A stretch of DNA of 64,000 bases from Octopus vulgaris. Lineage: Eukaryota. The stretch is from the NCBI GenBank assembly GCA_951406725.2, contig OX597816.1, forward strand, positions 118,978,001 to 119,042,000. Reading direction: 5' to 3'. The first letter of the stretch is position 1, and each line of letters starts with the position of its first letter. Shown piece after piece: positions 28,769-40,139 of this stretch. A model generated the notes under the pieces. The model was not told the origin of the DNA. It did no database searches and saw only the letters and a program-made list of their open reading frames with translations. The translations under genes were made by a program, and so were the position numbers.

Positions 28769-28816
28769 GGGCAGGTGTGTTTCGCCATTTTTGTGGCTTA
28801 TCAACGTCATGTACCC
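28769..28816 (-). ncRNA. Degenerate type I hammerhead relic (cleavage-site segment missing)
   Basis: Minus strand GGGTA CATGACG TTGATAA GCCA CAAAAA TGGC GAAAC ACACC TGCCC: U3-A8 core, 4-bp stem II with CAAAAA loop, GAAAC, distal stem I GGGTA/TGCCC. No NUH or proximal stem I 3' strand. Confidence 0.45.
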
Positions 28817-29580
28817 AAACCGAATCGGAGGCGAATCGAATCGCCAGCCCACGACTTATATGAATAAAATAAAAAGACCGAGATACCTTAAATTGCTGTC
28901 ACGAAAACAAATTTTAACAGGAGAATAACCACAGTTACATACACATACGCGCGCTTGCGTGTACATCTATCTAACCGTACATATATAAGTATACCGACCC
29001 CCGTACTTAATTAGTACTTTGGTCTGTTGATTCCGGAACAAATACCATCTGGCATCTTGTTCGTAGATTAAGCGATTCTTCTCATCCACCGTTTTTATAC
29101 ACATGTACACATTCATACACACAACTACCAACATACACATGCCTATATATACAAATACATACATAAATACATGCATGCATACATATCTATCTATCGATCT
29201 GACTTCATTGACCGAGGTTACCGTGGTCTTTTCCGTAGGCTTTTCTTTCCACGGGTAAGCCTCACCTGTCCTCCCCTTTACACTTCATATTGACATTTCT
29301 GTGATTACGATCCCTATTAATCAACTTTTTTTTCCTCTCCCCTTTTCTTTTTTTTCCTCTCCCCCCCTTTTTTTAAAAATCCTCCCCTTTTTTGTCCTCT
29401 TTCTTTCCTTTTACGATCCCTTTTGATCGAAAACCAACCCCCTTTTTTTTACCCCCAAAAGAAAAGCTCTACCTTGTAATTTGTTCTGTCTGTGTGCAGC
29501 CCTGTGTGGCTAATAAAGAAACATATCTATCTATCTATCTGTCTGGCTGTCTGTCTGTCTATATGTCTGTCTGTCCGTCC

Positions 29581-29624
<44 letters not shown>

Positions 29625-29918
29625 GCATGTCTGCCTGTCTGTCTGCCTGTCTGTCTGTCTATGTATCTGTGTGTGTGTGTGTGTGTGTTACATTAAAAAC
29701 ACTGGTTTACTGCTGTTTAATACTTTATTCTTTTTATCAAAGATGAGGCCATGAAGGTATTGAAATGTTAATAGGCTTTGGAAGATTATAAATGCTAAAA
29801 AAAATGTCTGTCTCAAGATTAAACTCGAACCGTATTTTCATTAAACATGTTTGAAAGGGAAAGTGTCCCCTCTCCACACGCACCGTATGCACAAATACAT
29901 ACACTCACACACACATAT

Positions 29919-29977
<59 letters not shown>

Positions 29978-29983
29978 TATCTG

Positions 29984-30020
<37 letters not shown>

Positions 30021-30354
30021 GTGTATATATATATACGTATATGTAAAATAATAACTGGGTAAGATTTTTTTATATCATAAAATTATGTAATACATTTCCA
30101 AGTCTTGGGAAAGCCAGAAAAATTGAACAGAACCGGCGCCCATGGGAATCGAACCACGTTTTTGTCATAGGTCATTCATGTAAATGTATTACGCAATTTC
30201 ATACATACTCACATATATATACCATAATTCTAGTTTTGATGTACATTAAGAATATGTAAATAACTTCACAAAAAAAAAAAATGTAGATTTTGTTTTATGG
30301 CAATGCATTATATTCATCATTATTATTGTCATTATTTCAAATTATAAAAGAAAT

Positions 30355-30860
<506 letters not shown>

Positions 30861-31329
30861 TCGCTTATTGGGCCATTATTGCTTCTCATCTTTGCCAGAA
30901 ATACACATTAGACAGCAGTAGAATGAATATATAATGAAATAAACAGTCAGTAAATGCTATTGAATAGAAATACTTATATATTATGTACATTGTACATAGA
31001 TACATATGTAGGTTAATGACATATGCTCAATAGGCAACATTTACATATTAATAAATACAAATATGACTTCGCTAGTCAAAGAAGCCTTTACTTGTTCTTG
31101 GAATGGTTAGAAATAGCAGTCAAATAAATAACTTTGAAATAATAGCCTACCGTTTCAAAAATATAAGGCAATAGCACAAAGGAGAAATACCGTCTCACGT
31201 GCTCCGAAAAGACGGGATGATCACGGCCGTAACGCCTTTGATCATAATTCTGTTCGGTCAAGATTGTTCTGGGTTAAACAATAAAAACGTCTACATGAAC
31301 AATTACTGCCTTTTCTTTTCTTCTTTTCT

Positions 31330-32455
31330 AAGCAATGTGTCTCTGTATACTGTACAAACACAGAGGAAGCCACCACCTTAACTTCCCGCATTGCATGCAA
31401 CTACACACCATTAACCAGTTCCCTCTAAATTTATCCCTTTCCATGTAAACCAAACTCCTCACCTCGCATACATATATGCAAAGTGAGGAAATATCTTCGG
31501 TTTCTTCAAACAAACAAGGCCCACACCAGCCTTGACAGTGTCCTTTCCATTCCACTCAAGCGTTGTGTCTCAGAATTTGCTCTTATATTCACCAAACTTT
31601 TGATCTCTGACTCTCTATGGAGATATATCCTGACACATGAAAGCATGACTCAGTGTGTCCCATTCTAAAGAATGTAACCCTGTGACCCCGCCAACTGTTG
31701 TTCTATTCCTTTCACATAACATCTGTAAGTTAATGGAGACAGTCGTTAACAATGAAGATCCACAAAACCTTGAGTCTCTTTTTTTCAATAAACACAAGAA
31801 CGACTTTTGTAGAATCAGGCCGTGTTTGAAATGCAAATCTTTCATCAAAACTTACCACCAATGAGAGCCACATACCTCTTGGATCGGTAGCTTTCTATCT
31901 GATCACATAATCGCAGCATGTGTTAATGGAGCACTTTCTACCTCATTAATAATCATCTCTGATGTTCTCTAGGGTTCACTTTTCCCGCAACTCACTTTCT
32001 TCTGTACATCAATAACCTACATGTTACCACCTCCAACAACATCCACTCTTATGAAAATAATACGGCCCCTCATACCTCTCTAACTTTCTCCAAATCAAGC
32101 ATCATCTACACGCACCTAGAGACCACATACCAAATATGCATTGATTCCATAAACGAAGATACTGAGAGCATCCTTCAGTGGAACCAAACCAATCTTACCT
32201 GTTTTTATTGCAATGAACCCAAAACAAACTAAAAAACCAAAAAGCAAAAGCAGTCAGGTTATTTATTTCAAGGAAATACCGCCGTGCACCACCCTAAACA
32301 TGGGTGGCACTCCACTTGAGTCCTCACAGTTGCTCTAAATGCTGGGCTTGACTATCACCGTGGATTTCTTCTGGCAAAAGCACATCCTTAGCATAGCTAG
32401 AACAGCATCCCAGTGATTGGCTCTTCTTTTCAGGACCAGAAAATATTTTAGCCTC
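31330..32455 (+). pseudogene. Highly degenerate non-LTR (CR1/Jockey-like) RT relic
   Basis: Frameshifted remnants such as WIGSFLSD..IAACVNGALST...SDVL*GS (cf. W..SFL..R...V.G..S....SGVPQGS) and LQMLGLTI...WQKHILSIARTASQ. Confidence 0.5.
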
Positions 32456-32899
32456 CAAAGGGGGAACAAAAATAGCCAATTTGATAGTTGTCAAGGTCGT
32501 TAAGTTTTTGAAGAATTTATTGAATGTTTAAAGAAAATCAGATTATTTTTTTTAGATATGAAAACCATAAAGCATAATATTTTTTTCGGCTAAATGATTT
32601 GGTTTGGCTTGGTAAACTTAATAAAAATGCAAGGCTTCGGAAAATTTATTGACGTGATGTTTGGTTTGACCAAAAGTTTTTGGAGAAGATTCTATATAAT
32701 TTAGCGTGATTTAGAATCTACTGGGTTTGTACCAAATGTAATGGAAACGTAAGCATAACTTTTTTATAAACTGATATAGCCATTTATATTGCATATACTG
32801 GTAGCGTAATTCTTACTTTATAGTAACTTTTTGCCCATTACTCCTTTATTGCAAGCAGATAATAGGTTCCAAGCAAAAGCATTGCCACGATTGAGTTCT

Positions 32900-33575
32900 T
32901 GACGAAAGAGGAGTGAAATGTGTTCGACACTCATAGAAAGCCAATTGACACCATTGACAAAACAGCATGCACAGATGGATGTTGAAAGTAAAGCAAACCA
33001 ACCTTAAAGACAACCCGCGCAGAGGAAAGCCATTAACTGCAACCACTGACACCAGCGAATAGACGAATTGATATGCACAACAGACGAGTCACAACACGTG
33101 AGCTTGCTGCAAAACTAGATTATGATCATAATGCATTACAAATGATGGAAGACTGAGTATGGGAAAGCTTTTGCAAAGTGGGTAACTCAATGATTGACAT
33201 CCGACTTGAAGGAGAAAAGAGTAGACATCTCTGATCTACTGGAAGCATATGAAGCCAACGAAGACACTTGTTTTCATTTTTGTGACAAGCGATAAAACGT
33301 GGCCGAATATTTATGATCTGCAAAATAAGGCTCAGTCCACAGAATGGCGTTACACCCCTTCTCCAAGGCCTAAGAAGTTCAAGACAACCGGTAAATTGAG
33401 CTGTTTATCCATCAAATAAGGATCTAGCGCACTCCGACTTTCACCTGTTCGAACCAATGGATGGATAACGACTTGAAGACAAAGATGAACTGAAAGTGTA
33501 TGACGAAATGAGAACAACAGTGTGCTTATGATTTTTTTAAAAGAGAATTCGAGAGCCTGGTGTAACAGTTGTGTA
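32900..33575 (+). pseudogene. Mariner-family transposase relic
   Basis: Remnants RRVTTRELAAKL, CKVG/AKWV, FVTSDKTWPNIYDLQNKAQSTEWRYTPSPRPKKFK (cf. VTGDETW..YDPETK.QS.EW) and DLAHSDFHLF (cf. YSPDLAPSDFHLF); internally deleted. Confidence 0.8.
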
Positions 33576-34189
33576 AATGTTCAATTTAAACAGCCTCTGT
33601 CAGTTAATAAAATAGTTATGCCCACATTTTCATTGGCTTAAGTAACACTCGTAAAAGTTTAAAGCACTTCTCAAAAACCGGCGTAAGTATCTTGAACATT
33701 ACAGAAAACAATTTTTATAAGTTGTTATGACTTTGACGAACTAGTTTCCCTCAGATGTTTGCAATTCAAAGAGTTAGCAGAATCAATAAAATTTATAAAA
33801 CATCCTGATGAAGCAAATTACACAATATAAGATTAGATGCGTTTGTGTGTTAGTATTTAAGAAATCAAGAAATGCAGCCACTCAACGTCAATTCCTGTTC
33901 AATTAAAAAGCAAAAGTTCATTATATTTGGTGCTGATTTGGAAGAAATTGAAAGTGAACAAGTAATCGCGAATAATCGTACAAACTCTGAACTTAGGAGA
34001 ATATGCTCTTAAAATTCTTGCAAAAATACTTCCAGCCATTTTCTCGTGAACCTTATCATGTGAATCATAGTTCTCAACAATTTATTATGTATGTATGTAT
34101 GTATGTATGTATGTATGTATGTATGTATGTATGTATGTATGTATGTATGTATGTATGTACGTATACACATACATATATATATATGCGTC

Positions 34190-34395
34190 TGTGTGTCCGT
34201 CACCACCGCTTAATAACCGATGTTGGTCTGTTTATGTACCTTTAACTTAGCAGTCTGGCAAAAGTGAACGCTAGAATATGTACCAAGTTTAAAAATAAAA
34301 ATTAGTACTGGGGTCGATTCATTCGACTAAACTTCTTTAGGAGAGTGCCCCAGCATGACCGCAGTCTAACGACTTAAACAAGTTAAAGATAAAGT
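34190..34395 (+). mobile_element. SINE family A, 3' half
   Basis: AACCGATGTTGG...TAACTTAGC...GGGGTCGATT...CCAGCATGACCGCAGTC...AAACAAGT. Confidence 0.75.
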
Positions 34396-35552
34396 ATAAA
34401 AGTGAGAGTGAAATAGAAGGGCAGAAGATGGAAAGGTAAGACAAAATGGGAAGGAGAGACACTCGAGAGAGTGAGGGAGAGAGAGAGATAGAAGGAGGGA
34501 GGGAGAGAGATACAGTGAGATAGAGGAGAAGATTAAATGCGAAGTAGGGAGGGAATGCAGGCGAGAAAGAAAGCACGGTGAATAAAGGGATTCGAAGAAA
34601 CAATTAGAGAATAGTTAAGGAAGAAAAAGAAGGAACAAAGAGGAAGACGATGGAAGAAGTAGGATGAATGTTGATGGTGACGATGGCGGCGGCGGTGGTG
34701 GCGGCGATGGCGGTAGCGGAAGAGGAAGAGGAGAAGAAATCGTGTGATGGAGGGAGTAGGAGAAATACTGAAAGAAATAATGATGAGAGAAGAAAGGGTA
34801 TGTATGGGGTAGTGGTGAAGAGCGGTGTTAGGTGAAGAAAAGTTTTACATTTTTTTATATATTAGAATATTTTTTATTGTTGTTGGTGGTGCTTTTATAA
34901 ATTATCATTATTATTTTTATTATTTTTTTTTGTCCTGTCATGCACTTTGACCTTCATTGTTTTTCTTTTCTCTTTTTTTTTTTATTGTATGATCGTTGTT
35001 TCGTTCCTTGAAAATTTCATAATCCTGAGTTGGTGGTGGTGGTGGAGGTGGTGGTGGTGGTGGAGGTGGTGGTGATGGTGATGGTGTAGGGAGAATGTTT
35101 GTGTGTGTGATGGGGGGTAAGCAAGGGGGTGGGAAGCGATAGTTCTCGAACAATTCATACAACCAGCAGAGGTCGTCTGTCACTTTACTAACCGACAAAC
35201 ATTAACCGGAAACAAAAGAATATCTTAACCGGGAAGTATTTGCGGCTCAAAAGTGAAAAAAGAAAAGAGGTTGTAGAGTTTCTCAAGTGAAATGTGTGTG
35301 TGTGAGAGTGTGTATTGTGAAAGGGAGGGTTGATAGCGAAGTCAATTTGAAGTTGTTGTGGAGTAGATCGGTGTTTTACCGCAGAGATATGTAGGAGTGG
35401 CTGTGTGGTAAGTAGCTTGCTTACGAACCACATGGTTCAGGGTTCAGTCCCACTGCGTGGCACCTTGGGCAAGTGTCTTCTGCTATAGCCTTGGGCCGAC
35501 CAAAGCCTTGCGAGTGGATTTGGTAGTCGGAAACTGAAAGAAGCTCGTCGTG

Positions 35553-35626
<74 letters not shown>

Positions 35627-35627
<1 letters not shown>

Positions 35628-35945
35628 GGGCGCGTGGCTTAGTGGTTAGGGCATTCGGCTCATGATCGTAAGGTTGTGAGTTCGATTCCCGGCGACGCGT
35701 TGTGTCCTTGAGCAAGACACTTTATTTCACGTTGCTCCAGTCCACTCAGCTGGCAAAAATGAGTTGTACTTGTATTTCAAAGGGTCAGCCTTGTCACTCT
35801 CTGTGTCACGCTGATTATCCCCGAGAACTACGTTAAGGGTACACGTGTCTGTGGAATGCTCAGCCATTTGCACGTTAATTTCACGAGCAAGCTGTTCCGT
35901 TGATCGTATCAGCTGGGACCCTCGTCGTCGTAACCGGCGGAGTCT
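35627..35945 (+). mobile_element. SINE family C (tRNA-derived head), full length
   Basis: A box TGGCTTAGTGG, B box GTTCGATTCC, then GTGTCCTTGAGCAAGACACTT. Homologous to 63376-63698. Confidence 0.9.
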
Positions 35946-35947
35946 TT

Positions 35948-35999
<52 letters not shown>

Positions 36000-36000
36000 C

Positions 36001-36200
36001 ATACATATACACGACGAGCTTCTTTGAGTTTCCGACTACCAAATCCACTCGCAAGGCTTTTATAATTATTATCATTATTATTTTTATTATTTTTTTTGTC
36101 CTGTCATGCACTTTGACCTTCATTGTTTTTCTTTTCTCTTTTTTTTTATTGTATGATCGTTGTTTCGTTCCTTGAAAATTTCATAATCCTGAGTTGGTGG
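36001..36200. repeat. Templated insertions: inverted copy of ~35502-35560 fused to a direct copy of 34891-35036
   Basis: 36001-36060 is the reverse complement of AAAGCCTTGCGAGTGGATTTGG...GTCGTG. 36056-36200 matches GCTTTTATAA...CCTGAGTTGGTGG. The 5-nt overlap GCTTT lies at the joint. Confidence 0.9.
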
Positions 36201-36286
<86 letters not shown>

Positions 36287-36455
36287 ATAACAAAAGGGAC
36301 ATTAGCCATTTGAATGTGGCTAGGGACAGGGCAGGGCGGTGGGGGTGTTACTGTTGCATTTAGCCCCAGGCGAACATCAACGTCACCAGAAAGGCTTGAC
36401 ACCATCACGGCGTCCTCTATCCTGCAAAGGGAGATCATCCACCGAAGAAGCGGAA

Positions 36456-36510
36456 GCCACATACGGACCCAGGTTTCGAGGTGTTTGCCTCTCGTCAACG
36501 TATGGTAGGC
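36456..36510 (-). ncRNA. Type I hammerhead ribozyme (copy 1)
   Basis: Exact reverse complement of 36889-36943. Predicted cleavage is between 36466 and 36465. Confidence 0.85.
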
Positions 36511-36888
36511 ACCGCCCCTCGATGAACGACTCTCTGTGCAGGATATTTATATAAAGATTTTCACGTAAATACATTTACTGATTTCGAAAATCTGTTCGAC
36601 AGCAATAATAATTCTCTAAACGAGATATAGACAGTAACTGCTCCATAACAAAAGGGACATTAGCCATTTGAATGTGGCTAGGGACAGGGCAGGGCGGTGG
36701 GGGTGTTACTGTTGCATTTAGCCCCAGGCGAACATCAACGTCACCAGAAAGGCTTGACACCATCACGGCGTCCTCTCGTTTAGAGAATTATTATTGCTGT
36801 CGAACAGATTTTCGAAATCAGTAAATGTATTTACGTGAAAATCTTTATATAAATATCCTGCACAGAGAGTCGTTCATCGAGGGGCGGT

Positions 36889-36943
36889 GCCTACCATACG
36901 TTGACGAGAGGCAAACACCTCGAAACCTGGGTCCGTATGTGGC
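36889..36943 (+). ncRNA. Type I hammerhead ribozyme (copy 2)
   Basis: GCC TAC CATACG | TTGACGA | GAGG CAAACA CCTC | GAAAC CTGG GTC^ | CGTATG T GGC: 6-bp stem I plus bulged distal helix, 4-bp stem II, GAAA, and GUC cleavage triplet (after 36933). The core has U3 instead of C3. Confidence 0.85.
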
Positions 36944-37153
36944 TTCCGCTTCTTCGGTGGATGATCTCCCTTTGCAGGATAGAGGACGCCGTGATGGTGT
37001 CAAGCCTTTCTGGTGACGTTGATGTTCGCCTGGGGCTAAATGCAACAGTAACACCCCACCGCCCTGCCCTGTCCCTAGCCACATTCAAATGGCTAATGTC
37101 CCTTTTGTTATGGAGCAGTTACTGTCTATATCTCGTTTAGAGAATTATTATTG

Positions 37154-37197
<44 letters not shown>

Positions 37198-37469
37198 CTG
37201 TGTTTGTTCCCCCAACATCGCTTGATAACCGATGCCGGTGTGTTTACGTTCCCGTAACTTAGCGGTTCGACAAAAGAGACCGATAGAATAAGTACTAGGC
37301 TTACAAAGAATAAGTCCTGGGGTCGATTTGCTCAACTAAAGGCGGTGTTCCAGCTTGGCCACTGTCAAATGACTGAAACAAGTAAAAGAACCTAAAAGAG
37401 AGTATGTCTGCTGTAAAAAATGAACAAATCTTACTAACTTTTGTACAAAGCGAGTAATTTTGACGAAGG

Positions 37470-37885
37470 TGACAAGTCGATAACATCGACTCCAATACTT
37501 TAGTGACACTTTATTTTCTTCGAATCCGGGCTCGGAAACGAAAAAGGGCAAAGTTAACCTCGGCAGAATTTGAACTCAGAACATAAAAATTCGGAAGAAA
37601 TGCCGCTAAGCATTTTGTCCGATGTACCAACGGCTCTGCCAGCTCGCCGCCTTACCCTAAGTACATAATGGTTTTAAATTTTGGTACAAGGCCATCAATT
37701 TCGGGGGATGGGTTGCTGAGTCGATTACGCCGACCTCTGTATTCAACTGATACTTATTCTATCGATCTCGAAAAGATGAAAGGGCAAAGTCGACCTCGAC
37801 AGCATTTGAACCAAAACACAAAGATGGACGAAATGCCGCTTAGCATTTTGCTCGGCGTGCTAAGGAGTCTGCCAGCGCGCCATCT
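37470..37885 (-). mobile_element. Two tandem SINE family B copies
   Basis: Two occurrences of AAAGT(T/C)(A/G)ACCTCG...TTTGAAC...AAATGCCGCT(A/T)AGCATTTTG...CTGCCAGC. Confidence 0.8.
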
Positions 37886-38085
37886 TAACCAAAGTACATA
37901 ATGCAAGCTAGTTTGCCCGTCGCTGTTAGTGCTGGTTACCGAAAAGGAGAGAGAACGATATAATTAGTGTTTCGCAGTACCGAGTTCAGTTTCTTCCATG
38001 GAGGAATTAGCTTGGAGAATTACTGCCCCCTCTGCCTCCATCCGCACCACCTCCTTAAACTGACTTGTCCTAGGTACATTTACAT

Positions 38086-38560
38086 CAATGGTTCTCAACC
38101 AGGGCCCATATAAGAATTTTGGGGTCAGGTGGAGAGCTGGCAGAAACGTTAGCACGTCGGGCGAAATGCTTAGCGGTATTTCGTCTGCCGTTACGTTGTG
38201 AGTTCAAATTCCGCCGAGGTCGACTTTACCTTTCATCCTTTCGGGGTCGATAAATTAAGTACCAGTTACGCTCTGGGGTCGATGTAATCGACTTAATACC
38301 TATGTCTGTCCTTGTTTGTCCCCTCTATGTTTAGCCCCTTGTGGGTAATAAAGAAATACATATAAGAATTTTGGGGTCATGGCAACAAAAGAGTAAATTG
38401 GGTATTCACAATAATATTTTAAGGGCTCCTGAAAATTTGTTTACTTCAGATGTATGTATTGGTATGTATTGCAAGAAACAGCTATGTTTCTTTCTCCAAC
38501 ATGTGCATAGTCCAACCTACACAAGTTAATGTGCGAAAATAAAAAGAGGAATTATTTTCT
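38086..38560 (+). mobile_element. Probable hAT-type MITE fragment interrupted by a SINE
   Basis: Begins CAATGGTTCTCAACC, resembling the CAGTGGTTCTCAA(C/A)C hAT terminus. The other end is not seen. Confidence 0.45.
38128..38358 (+). mobile_element. Young full-length SINE family B with 21-bp target-site duplication
   Basis: CATATAAGAATTTTGGGGTCA at 38107-38127 and 38359-38379. Confidence 0.92.
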
Positions 38561-39017
38561 ACACTAAGCACAAAGCCCGAAATTTTGGGGGAGGGGGGCC
38601 AGTCGATTAGATCGACTCCAGTACACAACTGGTACTTAATTTATCGATCCCGAGAGGATGAGAGGCAAAGTCGACCTCGGTGGGATTTGAACTCAGAACG
38701 TAGCGGCAGACGAAATACCGCTAGGCATTTCGCCCTGCATTCTAACGATTCTACCAGTTCGCTGCCTTAGCATTACGTATAATGAAGTCTTCGTTAAATT
38801 GTTGCCTGCTAAACTTAATTTCTTAAAAATTTTTTTTGTCTTTTACTTGTTTAAGTCATTGGATTGTGGCCTTGCTGGGGGCACCACCTAAAAGTGATTA
38901 TCGAACAAATCGACCCCACAAACTGTTTTTTTTACAGTTTGGTACTGACCCTATTGGTATCTTTTGTCGAACCGTTAAGTTCCAGGAACATAAACAAAGC
39001 AATACCGGTTGTCAAGC

Positions 39018-39020
<3 letters not shown>
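38560..39020 (-). mobile_element. SINE B (38560-38770) and SINE A 3' half (38840-39020)
   Basis: Family motifs on the minus strand. Confidence 0.8.
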
Positions 39021-39070
<50 letters not shown>

Positions 39071-40064
39071 TGAAGAAACACACACACAATAATCTGCTTG
39101 TTCGTTCGCCCGTTATACATTAGTTAGTTAGAGAGGTGGAGGTGGAGTGAGTGAGAGGTGGAGTAAAAGTGGGTCGTTTCTATCTTGTGTGAAACGCCTG
39201 AGATCACTCACTTGCAATGATTTGCTCATAGTATTCTGCATGGAGCAAAGACCAAATTGAAAACTAGTCTACGGTAGCATAACAGTGTTCCATTTGTTTT
39301 TACTGATGATGATGATGATGATGGTGATGGTTGCAGTGATGGTGGTGTTGGTAGTAGTAAAAGCAGAGGTGATAATAAATGTGCTTGAGGATATCGACCA
39401 TGATTTTTGGTCGACGTCAATGATGAAGCTGATGCCGATAATAATGATGATGACGTCACGAATGGTACCTCCAACAGTTGTGATAATGATGATGATGATC
39501 ATCATGATCATGATGTGTAAAAGCGGGTGGAGGTAGAAGACAGGGAGTATAACAACCACAGCAACAACAACCGTAGCAACAACAACAATAACAATAGTGG
39601 CAATAAAGACCACAATTCCTTCGTGTGATAAAAGAGATTAACGGATTTCTGTGGTGACATGATGGATTTCCAAGAAGTTGTTTCTGAGCTCGTTCGATAA
39701 TTATTTGCATTTTTTTTTGTTACGCATACCCCAGCACTTCCTACTTCTCTGATTATCGATTTACTAATGCTAGTCAGTGCTGGAATGATCTGTAATCGAT
39801 TACCAAATCTCCCTTGGCGAAAGATGTATTGATGAGTTACTGAAGAAATCGTAAGCTCTTGTCGCTTGATAGATTTGTGTTACGGCAATCGACTGTGTCT
39901 TTTCAAACGGATTCGCAAGTTTCGTCTGACGGATTAATGGATTTATACAAGGAGGTGTCTTGTCAGTGAAATGTATATGTATGTGTATTTATATACATAC
40001 ATACATACATACATGCATACATACACACATATGTGTGTGAATATATATATATATATATATATAA

Positions 40065-40139
<75 letters not shown>

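Larger units (their letters stand above)
36285..37155. mobile_element. Candidate non-LTR retrozyme: 358-nt hammerhead-containing unit, two >1-unit arms head-to-head in (TA)n
   Basis: CCATAACAAAAGGGAC at 36285 and 36643 (period 358). Inversion at 36774-36776 (shared TCT). The inverted arm repeats TCTCGTTTAGAG at 36774 and 37131. (TA)n on both sides, no credible ORF, and a hammerhead in each arm. Confidence 0.85.
35390..37390 (+). mobile_element. SINE family A split by nested insertions: 5' half 35390-35555, 3' half 37190-37390
   Basis: The two halves fit the contiguous copy at 48785-49200. Everything between lies within its internal TA/TATG microsatellite. Confidence 0.8.

Noticed and set aside
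35627-35700. tRNA-like sequences at SINE heads (also 7025, 20916, 63376)
   Set aside because: They lack a complete acceptor stem and continue into SINE bodies, so they are not tRNA genes.
37040-37125. Twister-like wording TAACACC...GTCCCTAGCC in the retrozyme unit
   Set aside because: P4 and the pseudoknot partners cannot be formed.
36314-37140. Short duplicated ORFs within the 358-nt unit
   Set aside because: They are 60-100 aa, occur in several frames, are altered by a 1-nt indel between arms and have no recognisable motifs. The unit is better explained as structured RNA.
39199-39225. TGAGATCA bantam-like seed
   Set aside because: The rest of the mature sequence differs and there is no precursor hairpin with the upstream arm.
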